From Minisyncoccota bacterium (lineage in GTDB: Bacteria; Patescibacteriota; Minisyncoccia; Phycocordibacterales; UBA5272), in assembly GCA_018063165.1 (NCBI GenBank), contig JAGOQU010000004.1:23039-76216 (forward strand): a stretch of DNA of 53,178 bases. Direction: 5' to 3'. The notes below the pieces were generated by a model. That model made no database searches and was not told the DNA's origin. It was given only the letters and a program-made list of their open reading frames with translations. This document shows positions 43,270-53,103 of the stretch, piece after piece. The stretch's first letter is position 1, and each line of letters starts with the position of its first letter. The position numbers were made by a program, and so were the translations under genes.

Positions 43270-44895
43270 TTAATTTGATTGTTTTTGTGCTGATTTTACA
43301 CCTATACTTGGTGACTGAACTTCTTCATTAGGAGATAGACCTGAAAGAATTTCCACTAATCCATCTTGACCACGAACACCTAATGTAACGTCTCGTTTTG
43401 AAACTATACCATCTTTAATAACTGCAACAGAACCGTTTTGCTCATTTACAATTTCAACAAAACGAGAAGGTATTACTAGTGCTTGTGTTTTACTTTCTGT
43501 AATAATATTCACATTTGCAGTCATACCTGATTTAATACGAACATCTTTACCAACAAACGTAATAATTACTTTGTAAAAAGGAACACTTCCTTCTATTGTT
43601 GCAGTAGGATTGATACGAGTAACAGTAGCAGGAAACACAACAGCTTTACCATATGCATCAAGGGTGACATCAACATCAGCACCTACTTTTAATTTAACAA
43701 TGTCTATTTCTGGTACTTTTGCTTGTATTTCAAATGCATCAACAGCAAGCATACTAATGACATTCTTACCTGCGGTTACAGTCTCTCCTTCTGTAACAGA
43801 AACATCACTTATCGTACCTGAAAATGGAGCAACTATTCTTGTTTTTAATAGATTTGATTTAGCTTGAACAACTTGAGCTTCTGCCTGACTTACTGCAGCT
43901 GCCTGGGCTTTTAATGTATATGGATCTGTTCCAGCTTTTGTAAGATCAAAATCACGAGACGCTTGAGAAAGCGTATTTTTTGATATATTTAAAGCACTAC
44001 GTTTTGAAGTAATATCAGAAAACAGTGTATTCATTGTAGTTCTAACAGTAGAAATTGTTACCCTTAGTCCATCTAAAGAATTATTTTGAATACTACAATA
44101 AGAAAGAAGTAAATTTGATACTTTTCCAACAAGCGTATTAACTGCTACTGTAGCATTATATGCTTGTTCAAAAACAGCATCTATATCTTCTTCCTGAGAA
44201 ATAACAGAAATAACAGAACTTTTCTTTTGGTATTCTGTAAGAATAGTTTCAACTTTTGATCTTTCACTTTCTATTTCTGACTGAAGCACTTGATCACACG
44301 ATGTAAATGATAACGAATATCTATTGTTTCCGTTACTTATAAAAAGTGTACTTAATTTATTCTTTATAACGTCAGCTGTTGTTGCGTCAACATTACGAAT
44401 TGTGTCTGGTAACGCTATGTATGATTGTTCTAACGAACTCTTTGCATTATCAACAAACTGTTGTTTGATTGCAATTTCTTCTTTACGAAAACCTTGTGTT
44501 AACTGGCCTAATTTTGCTTCAGCGCTAGAAAGTTGAGCTTCAGCCTGAAGAAGTGACGCCTCTTGATCTCCAGATTGAAGATATGCAAGAACTTTACCTT
44601 GAGGAACAAATTGTCCGACTTTAGCTGTAACAGCAGACACTGTTCCTAAAGACTGAAATGAGAGGTTGGCATCTTTTGAAGATTGCACAGCACCAGTAAG
44701 CTTAACGTATTGTTTTAGTTCACCAAAAGTGATGCGAGTAGTTTCTAGTATATCTTTCTTGTCATCTAGATATATATAATACACACCCATAGCAACAGCA
44801 AGTATAAGAACACCTATAGTTACTATATTTTTAGAAACACGATATATTATTTTTTTAAAAAAAGACACAAAAGGATTTATAGTATTTGTAGACAT
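43270..44895 (-). CDS. HlyD/MacA-family periplasmic adaptor-like protein
   Basis: N-terminal TM, a lipoyl-like motif (VGQFVPQGKVLAYL), a long coiled coil and a beta-barrel domain (APFSGTISDVSV). It is adjacent to the permease with a 1-nt gap. Confidence 0.83.
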   Translation of the reverse strand: MSTNTINPFVSFFKKIIYRVSKNIVTIGVLILAVAMGVYYIYLDDKKDILETTRITFGELKQYVKLTGAVQSSKDANLSFQSLGTVSAVTAKVGQFVPQGKVLAYLQSGDQEASLLQAEAQLSSAEAKLGQLTQGFRKEEIAIKQQFVDNAKSSLEQSYIALPDTIRNVDATTADVIKNKLSTLFISNGNNRYSLSFTSCDQVLQSEIESERSKVETILTEYQKKSSVISVISQEEDIDAVFEQAYNATVAVNTLVGKVSNLLLSYCSIQNNSLDGLRVTISTVRTTMNTLFSDITSKRSALNISKNTLSQASRDFDLTKAGTDPYTLKAQAAAVSQAEAQVVQAKSNLLKTRIVAPFSGTISDVSVTEGETVTAGKNVISMLAVDAFEIQAKVPEIDIVKLKVGADVDVTLDAYGKAVVFPATVTRINPTATIEGSVPFYKVIITFVGKDVRIKSGMTANVNIITESKTQALVIPSRFVEIVNEQNGSVAVIKDGIVSKRDVTLGVRGQDGLVEILSGLSPNEEVQSPSIGVKSAQKQSN

Positions 44896-44949
44896 ACCAC
44901 AGATTATACCATTATATACTCTACCATTAAAGATATATAGATATTTACA

Positions 44950-44958
44950 TGATATAAT
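44950..44958 (+). promoter_or_regulatory. extended -10 element (TGATATAAT) just upstream of tpiA
   Basis: TGnTATAAT lies 8 nt before ATG 44967, which would imply a leaderless or near-leaderless tpiA-pgk transcript. Sequence match only. Confidence 0.3.
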
Positions 44959-44966
44959 TTATGTAT

Positions 44967-45767
44967 ATGTCTAAACGCACAACACCACTTATCGTTGGCA
45001 ACTGGAAAGCAACACCAGAAACCCTTGATATAGCAAAAAAATTCATTAAGCAACTGGATAAAAAATGTGAAGCAATACATTCTTCTAAAAAGACAAAGCT
45101 TTCTTTTAAATTACCAAAAAAAGTATATTTTTTGGCTGTTCCTGAGGTTTTTATTACATCATTAAGTGATTCTGTTATACATGGGTACATAGGGGCAGAA
45201 AACATCTCAGGAATTAAAATTGGGCAACTAACAGGAACAACTACTGTCTCTCAATTAAAATCAGCTGGCGCTTCTTTTGTAATCATTGGACATAGTGAAA
45301 TACGAGAACAAGGAGAGACACTAATTGATTGCGCAAAAAAAGTAGAGCACTCTTTATCGTTAAAATTACCAACAATCTTATGTTTTGGAGAAAATCACAG
45401 AGATAAAAATGGTAATTATTTGAATGAATTAGAAGAAAACGTTAAGCAAACTCTTAGTCTTGTAGATAGAAATCTTTTTGAAAATCTTATCATAGCATAT
45501 GAACCATTGTGGGCAATTGGAAGCAGTGTACCAGCTACAACAGCAGAATGTTTTGAAGTTGTCATTGCTCTTAGACGAGCACTTGCTTCTCTTGTTGGTA
45601 TAGATTATGCAAAAAAAGTACAAGTATTATATGGAGGTGCGGTAACTAAAGAAACAGCAAAAAGCTTTTTAGAAGAGGGTGGTGTTGATGGTCTTTTAAT
45701 AGGAAGAGCCTCTCAAGACGTTGATACTTTTATGGATATAATTACAACCTGCTATTCAAATCAATAA
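44967..45767 (+). CDS. tpiA: triosephosphate isomerase
   Basis: VGNWK, IIGHSE.R, AYEPLWAIGS and YGG.V motifs. The start may be 44961 or 44967. Confidence 0.9.
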   Translation: MSKRTTPLIVGNWKATPETLDIAKKFIKQLDKKCEAIHSSKKTKLSFKLPKKVYFLAVPEVFITSLSDSVIHGYIGAENISGIKIGQLTGTTTVSQLKSAGASFVIIGHSEIREQGETLIDCAKKVEHSLSLKLPTILCFGENHRDKNGNYLNELEENVKQTLSLVDRNLFENLIIAYEPLWAIGSSVPATTAECFEVVIALRRALASLVGIDYAKKVQVLYGGAVTKETAKSFLEEGGVDGLLIGRASQDVDTFMDIITTCYSNQ

Positions 45768-45769
45768 AC

Positions 45770-46897
45770 ATGAATCAACATTGGAAAAACCACATATTAC
45801 CTGAAATATCTACTTTTAATAATAAAACAGTTCTAGTAAGGGTGGATTTTAATTTACCCATAACAGATGGTGAGATTTCTGACACGAGTCGTTTTGATAT
45901 AACTGTTCCTTTTTTAAAAGAATTATCTTTTCATGGAGCAAAAGTAATATTACTTACCCATTTCGGAGAAAAAGGCGAAAGTCTTGAAATAATAGCAAAA
46001 CATGTAACAAATGCTCTACCTTTTGTTTCTTTTTTTCCTTCTAACGATTTTAGTGTCATAGAAAGTAAAGCCAGATCCTTAGCAAGAGGTGAAGCTATTC
46101 TCCTTGAAAATGTCCGTATGTGGAAAGGTGAGCTCGACAATACACCTTCACTAGCAAGATCTTTCTCACAATTAGGTGAAGTTTTTATTAATGACGCTTT
46201 TTCAGTATCACACAGGGAACACGCAAGTGTTGTTGGTATTCCTCATCTTATGATTAGTTATTTTGGACCTACATTTACTAGAGAATTAGAAAATCTTACA
46301 AAAGCATTACAACCAGCTAAACCAGCACTTTTTATTATTGGTGGATCAAAAATATCAACAAAACTATCACTCATTGATGAATATTTAAATAGAGGTGTGG
46401 AAGTGTTCGTTGGAGGTGCTATGGTTCATAACATATGGAAAGAGAGAGGTATCGAAATAGGAAAAAGTTTTTATGATCAAGCGTATGAATTACCAGAATC
46501 ATTTTATAATCACCCTTTATTATTAACACCAAAAGATGTTGTACTGTCTACAGGTAACACAGTTCCCTATAATGAAATACCTAAAGATGGTATTGTAGTC
46601 GACTGTGGGAACGCTACAGTAGAATATATAACAAAAGAAATTGATGCTTCTAAAACCGTAATAGCAAACGGACCTCTTGGTTTATATGAAAAAGGATGGT
46701 TACACGGGAGTGAACAAATACTCACACATTTAGCTCATTCTTCTGCTGTTTCATATATAGGAGGTGGTGATACGGTATCTGTCGCTCACACATTAAAATT
46801 ACTCAGATCTTTCAACTTTGTCTCTTTAGGTGGTGGTGCCATGCTCGATTTTCTTGCAAATGGTACACTACCTGGTATAGATGCTGTCACAAAATAA
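45770..46897 (+). CDS. pgk: phosphoglycerate kinase
   Basis: VRVDFNLP, SHREHAS, GG.K.S.K, GG.M and GGGD motifs. It starts 2 nt after tpiA. Confidence 0.93.
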   Translation: MNQHWKNHILPEISTFNNKTVLVRVDFNLPITDGEISDTSRFDITVPFLKELSFHGAKVILLTHFGEKGESLEIIAKHVTNALPFVSFFPSNDFSVIESKARSLARGEAILLENVRMWKGELDNTPSLARSFSQLGEVFINDAFSVSHREHASVVGIPHLMISYFGPTFTRELENLTKALQPAKPALFIIGGSKISTKLSLIDEYLNRGVEVFVGGAMVHNIWKERGIEIGKSFYDQAYELPESFYNHPLLLTPKDVVLSTGNTVPYNEIPKDGIVVDCGNATVEYITKEIDASKTVIANGPLGLYEKGWLHGSEQILTHLAHSSAVSYIGGGDTVSVAHTLKLLRSFNFVSLGGGAMLDFLANGTLPGIDAVTK

Positions 46898-47474
46898 CAA
46901 TTCATCTGTTATATCTAGTGTGGGGGACGAAATTGCACTAAAAAAACTAATACTTTCTGCTAAGAAAGGAGACTCTCATTCATTTGAGCTTGTATATACT
47001 GCACTTTTCACTCCACTTTATAGATATGTTCGTTCTAGAGTTTCAGATACTGATCTGGTAAATGATATATGTCAACAAACATTTCTTAAGTTTTATGAGG
47101 CATTGCCTACATATAAACCAGAAAAGTCTCCTCTTGCATACCTCTTTACCATAGCAAAAAATCTACTCATAAATCACACAATCAAAAAAACATTCGTTCC
47201 TTTTGATGATTTTTTTCAAGAAACACATGAAGATGAGTCGGTTAACATAGTAGATGAAATCCATTTACAGCGTCTAGCGTCTTCAATAAACGAATATCTT
47301 CCTTCTCTTACACAAGACGAACAAGATGTTATTAGAATGTATTTCTATTCTGAACTAAGTTACAAAGAAATATCTGAAATTCTTGATAAAGAAGAGTCAT
47401 ATCTTAGAAAAATAAAAGAGCGTGCCTTAAAAAAGCTACGAATACTCACACAACACCTCAATGAAGAAAATTAA
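46881..47474 (+). CDS. ECF-type RNA polymerase sigma factor (sigma-70 family, regions 2 and 4)
   Basis: Region 2 is like F..LY......Y.Y......D.....D..Q.TFLK. Region 4 is like L...E..V..M....LSYKEISEIL. It overlaps pgk by 17 nt. Confidence 0.83.
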   Translation: MLSQNNNSSVISSVGDEIALKKLILSAKKGDSHSFELVYTALFTPLYRYVRSRVSDTDLVNDICQQTFLKFYEALPTYKPEKSPLAYLFTIAKNLLINHTIKKTFVPFDDFFQETHEDESVNIVDEIHLQRLASSINEYLPSLTQDEQDVIRMYFYSELSYKEISEILDKEESYLRKIKERALKKLRILTQHLNEEN

Positions 47475-47823
47475 TAACAACCACATAGAACAAGCGCTTG
47501 TTATGCATAAGGAGACCGTATCGCCGCAGATAAACTGTCTTCAAGAAATCCTATCTCACATACCAGAGAAAAAAATAATAGAAAACAGGCGTGCGGTACG
47601 ATCCCCCTATACATGGCTAGCAATCTCTCAAATTGTTACAGTCTTCACTGTTCTTTTTGTTATTATTGGAGTAAACACACAAACTTTTTCAAACAACGAA
47701 GAAGATATTATACTTGCATACCAACTTGAAACAGAAAAAATAGATGAGCAAATTTTTTATTTCGAAACAACCATTGATGAAGAAGATTATCAAAAAACCT
47801 TAGAAAATGAACCTATTCTTTAA
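47461..47823 (+). CDS. putative anti-sigma factor (single-pass membrane protein)
   Basis: Overlaps the sigma gene by 14 nt and has one TM (WLAISQIVTVFTVLFVIIGV). The role is assigned by position only. Confidence 0.45.
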   Translation: MKKINNNHIEQALVMHKETVSPQINCLQEILSHIPEKKIIENRRAVRSPYTWLAISQIVTVFTVLFVIIGVNTQTFSNNEEDIILAYQLETEKIDEQIFYFETTIDEEDYQKTLENEPIL

Positions 47824-47834
47824 ATTTACACTGT

Positions 47835-48632
47835 ATGAACAAAAAACTATTTATATTTTTTTTAACACTATGCATGTCTCCTTTACTTAGTCATGCTGAA
47901 GCAGCATCTACAACCTTTACTTTTAACGAGGTTGCATCTCACGCATCTACAACAGATTGTTGGATTATTGTTTCTGATAAGGTGTATTCTGTTGCTAGTT
48001 ATATTTCTTTACATCCAGGAGGAAAAAATGCAATTGCAAACTTTTGTGGTAAAGATGCAACAAAAGCTTTTGTTACAAAAGGAGGTAAAGGTAAACACTC
48101 TACTTTTGCACATTCAACATTAGGAAATTTTCTTGTTGGTAATCTATCTGTATCAACCAGTACCCAAAATTCTACAATTATTTCAACGTCAACAAACTAC
48201 ACAAATTCAACAAGTACTTCTGAAAGACTTTTTGTTACATGTAGGCAATCTATTATAGAAACACGTGACTCTAAAATAATTGAAGCAAGAACACTATATT
48301 CTAACGCTATTAATACAGCAATGTTAAAAAGAAAAGAAGGTGAAAAACTCGCTATAGCTATTACGGATATTTCAACAAAAAAGACTGCGTTTAAAAAAGT
48401 TTTAAATGAGTACAAAACAGCAACAAAAGAAGCACAAAACACGTTAACGCTAACAAGAAAAAAGATACTTGAGAATGCAGAACAGCAATCAAAAGATTGT
48501 AAAATAGAAAAAGAAGATCGTTCAAAAAAAATAAATAAAGAAAAGAATGATTTTAAAAACAACAAAAAAGATATTAAGAAAAATGAAGACTCTTCACGCT
48601 TTTTTAAAAAAGAATCTAAAAAAGATGATTAA
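47835..48632 (+). CDS. secreted cytochrome b5-like heme/steroid-binding domain protein with Lys-rich tail
   Basis: Signal peptide, then FTFNEVASH....DCW.IV..KVY.V..Y...HPGG...I....GKDAT..F (cyt-b5 fold HPGG motif), an S/T-rich linker and a charged C-terminus. Confidence 0.7.
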   Translation: MNKKLFIFFLTLCMSPLLSHAEAASTTFTFNEVASHASTTDCWIIVSDKVYSVASYISLHPGGKNAIANFCGKDATKAFVTKGGKGKHSTFAHSTLGNFLVGNLSVSTSTQNSTIISTSTNYTNSTSTSERLFVTCRQSIIETRDSKIIEARTLYSNAINTAMLKRKEGEKLAIAITDISTKKTAFKKVLNEYKTATKEAQNTLTLTRKKILENAEQQSKDCKIEKEDRSKKINKEKNDFKNNKKDIKKNEDSSRFFKKESKKDD

Positions 48633-48732
48633 AACTAAAAAAGAACACATTATCTGTGTTCTTTTTTACTATGAATACAGTGAGTTATCGTGATACACTT
48701 ACCGTACATATTTATTAGTAAATAAAGACACT

Positions 48733-49161
48733 ATGAAAAAATTATTTTTCTCTATTTTTTTAGCAACACAATCAATAACACTTTCTGTATACGCACTAGA
48801 AACAGCTCCTGTTGTAATTGATCAAGAAAAACAAGATACTTATAATGCTTGCAAAAAAAGTGCATTAGATAGAAGAGAAGTACTTATGACTCCTGCAAGG
48901 AAAGAATACGTACTCAGTAGTCAAACAATAACAGACAAAGCAAAAAAGGATTTTGATAAAATAAAATGGTATATTCCAAGCTCTTATATGCCACACGCAA
49001 AAAAAATACAAGATGAAAAGAATCAGGCAATGCTGTCTATACAAGAAAAAATAGCAAAAGTAAGATCTGTTGCATTTTCAACATGGAAAGCAGAAAATGC
49101 TCTATGTGATTTTCAACTAGCGTCAAATGAAAAAGAAAAAAATATTCTAGTAAAAAAATAA
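48733..49161 (+). CDS. secreted hypothetical protein
   Basis: Signal peptide MKKLFFSIFLATQSITLSVYA. 142 aa. A terminator follows. Confidence 0.6.
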   Translation: MKKLFFSIFLATQSITLSVYALETAPVVIDQEKQDTYNACKKSALDRREVLMTPARKEYVLSSQTITDKAKKDFDKIKWYIPSSYMPHAKKIQDEKNQAMLSIQEKIAKVRSVAFSTWKAENALCDFQLASNEKEKNILVKK

Positions 49162-49166
49162 GACTC

Positions 49167-49197
49167 AAAAAAAGCGGAACCTTCGGTTCCGCTTTTT
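49167..49197. terminator. bidirectional terminator
   Basis: AAAAAAAGCGGAACC-ttc-GGTTCCGCTTTTT. It overlaps the xthA stop. Confidence 0.8.
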
Positions 49198-49957
49198 ATA
49201 TACGTATATCAAGCAACACAGGGCAATGATCACTTCCTAACACATTATCTAATATATCAGCGTTGTATATGTTTTTTTGCAAAGAATGTGACACAAAAAT
49301 ATAATCTATACGCCAGCCAACATTTCTCTCCCTAGCTCTTGTTTTCATGTCCCACCAGGTATATTTAGATACGTCACCATGTTTATATCTAAAAGTATCC
49401 ACAAAAGCATCTGTAAACTTCGCCAAACGCATACGTTCATCTTCTGTACATCCTAATTTACCAGCGTTTTCCTTTGGTCTAGCAAGATCAATATCTGCAA
49501 CAGTTGCATTAATATCACCCATAAAAATAACAGGTTTCTTTTTTTCTAGCATCTTTGCTCGTTTTAAAAAAAGATCATAGTATTCAAGTTTGTACAAAAA
49601 ATGATCCTCTGATTTTCCTCCGTTAGGAAAATAACAATTCATAACAATAACATCTTTAAAATGTACTGTGAGCAATCTACCTTCCATATCCATATGATCA
49701 CTTCCTAAACCGTACTCAATCTTTTCTGGTTTTACTTTTGAATATATAGCAACACCCGAATACCCTTTACGTATTTTTGAACTATCAAAACAAGAAAAAT
49801 ATCCTTTTGGGTTTATGATTGTTTCCGAAAGTTGTTCTGGTGTAGCTTTTGTTTCTTGTATAGCTACAATATCGGGCGAAAGACTAAAAACTTCTTGCCA
49901 AGCATCTTTTTTACTCACAGCTCTGATACCGTTTACATTCCACGATAGTATTTTCAT
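49196..49957 (-). CDS. xthA: exodeoxyribonuclease III (AP endonuclease)
   Basis: MKILSWNVNGIRA, QETK, NGG, GD.N, W.....R..N.GWRIDY and SDHCPV. Confidence 0.93.
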   Translation of the reverse strand: MKILSWNVNGIRAVSKKDAWQEVFSLSPDIVAIQETKATPEQLSETIINPKGYFSCFDSSKIRKGYSGVAIYSKVKPEKIEYGLGSDHMDMEGRLLTVHFKDVIVMNCYFPNGGKSEDHFLYKLEYYDLFLKRAKMLEKKKPVIFMGDINATVADIDLARPKENAGKLGCTEDERMRLAKFTDAFVDTFRYKHGDVSKYTWWDMKTRARERNVGWRIDYIFVSHSLQKNIYNADILDNVLGSDHCPVLLDIRI

Positions 49958-49981
49958 CAGTGTAGTATATCAAATAAAAAA

Positions 49982-50014
49982 ATAAACCCGACATGTTTAT
50001 TGTGTCGGGTTTAT
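49982..50014 (-). terminator. terminator upstream of xthA (ends the uppS-side transcript)
   Basis: ATAAACCCGACA-9 nt-TGTCGGGTTTAT, followed by a T run on the minus strand. Confidence 0.65.
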
Positions 50015-50020
50015 GTATAT

Positions 50021-50203
50021 TTAAGAGGTTTTAACTCTATATCTATTTTTAGTTTTTTTCTTTGGAAAAAAACTAGAACTTTCTCTATTTTCTTGAGAAG
50101 TTTCCGTATTTTTTTGGTTATAATATATACTTTTATCACCTAAAAGAAGTTCCAGAACGGCAATTCTGCGTATTCTGTAATTACCAGTATTAGTACTATT
50201 CAT
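50021..50203 (-). CDS. hypothetical small basic protein (weak call)
   Basis: 60-aa ORF between uppS and the terminator, with a GGTGA-like RBS 4 nt upstream. No family. Confidence 0.3.
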   Translation of the reverse strand: MNSTNTGNYRIRRIAVLELLLGDKSIYYNQKNTETSQENRESSSFFPKKKTKNRYRVKTS

Positions 50204-50264
50204 AGTTCACCATAAAAAGAGCAAGAAAATAACTCTATCATAAAAAACAAAAAAATAAAATAGC

Positions 50265-50942
50265 TTACTTTCCAAACCTACGACAACGTAAAAAATATTC
50301 CTCAACCACTTTTCTAAAAGCATTACCATCAAAATCTGGGAACAGAGTATCTAAAAAAAACCATTCTGAATATAACGTTTGGAGTGGCATAAATCCTGAC
50401 GTTCTTTTTTCGCCACCAGTTCTAATTATTACATCTGGGTTAGGTACGTTCACTTTCATCGTATCTAAAAACATATGTATATCTTTGGAGCTTTGCGTAT
50501 TCATGCTTTGAATCGCTCTTTTTACCTCATCTTCTCCACCATAATCAAGAGCGATACACACAGTAAACCCTGCATACTCTTTTGTTTCATGTTCTATTGT
50601 TTCAATCAAAGCAAGCAGTGTAGGGTTCAATCTATCTCTTCTTCCAATATGAACAACTCTTACTTTGTCTTTTTTTGCATCATCATGCAACATTGAGAGA
50701 CCTTTAATAAAAATACTCATAAGATCATCAACCTCATTCACTTCTCGCTTCCAATTTTCTGTTGAAAATGCCCAAATTGTCACATAAGAAATACCAAGCT
50801 CTTTCGCGACAACAAGACATTCACGTATTCTTTGATATCCGCGTTCATGACCAAGTACACTTGGTATATTTTTCTCTTTTGCCCATCTACGATTCCCATC
50901 TGGAATTATAGCGACGTGAGACAAAGAGTTACTATGATTCAT
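50265..50942 (-). CDS. uppS: isoprenyl transferase (undecaprenyl-diphosphate synthase family)
   Basis: HVAIIPDGNRRWAK, TIWAFSTENWKR and RTGGE.R.S.F motifs. Met at 50942 is preferred over the track start 50984. Confidence 0.92.
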   Translation of the reverse strand: MNHSNSLSHVAIIPDGNRRWAKEKNIPSVLGHERGYQRIRECLVVAKELGISYVTIWAFSTENWKREVNEVDDLMSIFIKGLSMLHDDAKKDKVRVVHIGRRDRLNPTLLALIETIEHETKEYAGFTVCIALDYGGEDEVKRAIQSMNTQSSKDIHMFLDTMKVNVPNPDVIIRTGGEKRTSGFMPLQTLYSEWFFLDTLFPDFDGNAFRKVVEEYFLRCRRFGK

Positions 50943-51022
50943 AGAAATATCACTATACCATATAATAATACATATAAAAAACACCTCATATACTATATAA
51001 GGTGTATTATTATAAAAAATAA

Positions 51023-51361
51023 TTACTGTGTTTGTAAAATTTCTGCTGTAACGAGTTCTACTTCTTCATCTTTTGTTAAAAGTTTATTTGTAAGAGATAT
51101 AGCTTGATTTAATTCTTCTGGTTTTATACTCTCTTTAGAAAAAAGAATTGAAAGGAGAATAAAAACACAAGGCTTTTGACAACGTTCAAGAAATTGAAAA
51201 ATAATGTCTGTATGTTTTGGTGCTGGCTTTGTCTTAATAATTTCCCAATTTTCTACACTTTTTCTAGAAACACCAAGAAGAAGTGCAAACTCTTTTCTTG
51301 AAAGAGCAAGTTGATTTCTTACTTTATAGCAACGTGTTTCGTTAGAACTATTTACTATCAT
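51023..51361 (-). CDS. XRE-family helix-turn-helix transcriptional regulator
   Basis: VRNQLALSRKEFALLLGVSRKSVENWE is an HTH_3-type motif. Confidence 0.7.
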   Translation of the reverse strand: MIVNSSNETRCYKVRNQLALSRKEFALLLGVSRKSVENWEIIKTKPAPKHTDIIFQFLERCQKPCVFILLSILFSKESIKPEELNQAISLTNKLLTKDEEVELVTAEILQTQ

Positions 51362-51446
51362 AGAAACTCCTCACAATAAAAACAACGTACAAAAAACTAT
51401 TATCATACTACATCATATACATGATATGTCAATAAAGATAAAACTC

Positions 51447-52400
51447 TTAGAGGTTTTTCTTTTTTGAATGAAATTTTTCAAACTGATCACGTAAAAACTT
51501 GTTAGTTACGTTAGTATAAATCTGAGTTGTTGCAATAGATGCATGTCCAAGCATCATCTGTACAGTTCTTAAATCTGCACCGTTGTAAAGAAGGTCTGTT
51601 GCAAAACTGTGTCTTATAACGTGTGGCGTACACTTTTTTGCTATACCTGCACGTTCTGCATATTTTGTTACAATACGTTCCACACTTCGTGGGGTAAGGC
51701 GAACCGAATCTTCTTTAACCATTCGAGAATGTGCGCGAGGGGAATGATCAATAAACATAGCTTCATCAATGTCTACACGTGAAGATATGTATTTTTTAAC
51801 GGCTTCTCGTGCTGAGCCAGAAATAAACACAACACGTATCTTACCTCCTTTACCCCTTACAGATATTTCACCCGTTTGTAATTCTATATCTCTATTAAGA
51901 GAGCAGAGTTCTGAAACACGTAATCCTGTAGAAAAAAAGAGTTCTAATACGGCTTTATCTCTAAGACCTCCAATAGTAGAAACGTCTGGTGCTGACAATA
52001 AATTCTCTAATTCTTTTTCTGAGATAAGGTCGAGCTCTCTTTGCTGTGTTTTAGCTAGTTCTATTCTTTCTGGATCATATGAAGAAACACCACGCTTACG
52101 CATATATTTCAGAAAAGCACGAAGCGCTATCAGATGATAATTTTGAGTTTTTTTATCAAGCGTTTCCTGAGCTTGACCTTTTTTAATTTCTCGAGCAGGA
52201 TGTCGATTAAGATATACACGATATTCGCGCATCATTTTTTCTTCAAGAGAAGAAGGGGAGTCTGTAGCTCCGTGAGATGTAGCAAATTCTAAAAAACGTG
52301 TAAGATAATGCTCATAATTACGAACAGTAAGAGGAGATCTTCCTTTTTCAATTTCTATATACTGAAGAAAATCTTGTTTAAGAGAATAAAGAGAATTCAT
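51447..52400 (-). CDS. xerC: tyrosine recombinase XerC/XerD family
   Basis: N-terminal SAM-like domain (YLTRFLEF), and a catalytic domain with GLRVSE, HVIRHSFAT, LGHASIATTQIYT (R..H-R-H..Y). Confidence 0.9.
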   Translation of the reverse strand: MNSLYSLKQDFLQYIEIEKGRSPLTVRNYEHYLTRFLEFATSHGATDSPSSLEEKMMREYRVYLNRHPAREIKKGQAQETLDKKTQNYHLIALRAFLKYMRKRGVSSYDPERIELAKTQQRELDLISEKELENLLSAPDVSTIGGLRDKAVLELFFSTGLRVSELCSLNRDIELQTGEISVRGKGGKIRVVFISGSAREAVKKYISSRVDIDEAMFIDHSPRAHSRMVKEDSVRLTPRSVERIVTKYAERAGIAKKCTPHVIRHSFATDLLYNGADLRTVQMMLGHASIATTQIYTNVTNKFLRDQFEKFHSKKKNL

Positions 52401-52494
52401 AAAAAATAAACAGGGTAGAGATTATTGAATACCATCTTAGTATACAGCATATGTTTCAGAAGTAATGTACACACACTTTACATTACTATAAAAA

Positions 52495-52523
52495 TCAAAA
52501 AAACTGCAATAATATTGCAGTTT
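52495..52523 (-). terminator. terminator upstream of xerC
   Basis: AAACTGCAAT-aat-ATTGCAGTTT, with a T run on the minus strand. Confidence 0.6.
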
Positions 52524-52744
52524 CGTGTCTTCATTGTATAGACAATAAAGAATGTGGTGTTGGTTGATATTCTACCAAGCTACTTAGCTCAAAGTAGTAC
52601 GAATAATATAAAGGAAAACCATTTTATATTTTATTATACGACTTCTAAATTCCGTGACTCATTCAGTATGTTGCCTGAAAAGTTGCTTATAGCACACGGC
52701 CTACAGTAAAAAAATCTACCCGCCTCTCTTCCTATCTAAACACA

Positions 52745-52969
52745 TTAAGAACGTAAAGACCTATTGATATGTTCTAATATCTGATAATTTACATCATCAG
52801 GATCCTCCCAATGATAATACTCTTTATTTTCTTCGTAGTCATCCCTACATCTATATAAGTAGAGAATACTTTCCTGTGAAGGAACGTCATCTTCATGCTG
52901 GTCATTTTTTGGAATCTGACCAAATGGTGATTTTTTGAAAACTCTGTCTACATCTTCTGTCATACTCAC
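52745..52969 (-). CDS. hypothetical small acidic protein
   Basis: 74-aa ORF with AAGGAG 6 nt upstream of the ATG. Confidence 0.5.
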   Translation of the reverse strand: MSMTEDVDRVFKKSPFGQIPKNDQHEDDVPSQESILYLYRCRDDYEENKEYYHWEDPDDVNYQILEHINRSLRS

Positions 52970-53103
52970 TCCTTTTAAAAAATTATTGAAAGAACATTAG
53001 GGTACGTACATACCCCATACCATACTATCATTTTTTATTAGTTTTGCAAAAATAAAGTGAGTTCAATAAGTAAGTGCAACACTTCTAGTAAAATAGAAGT
53101 ATA

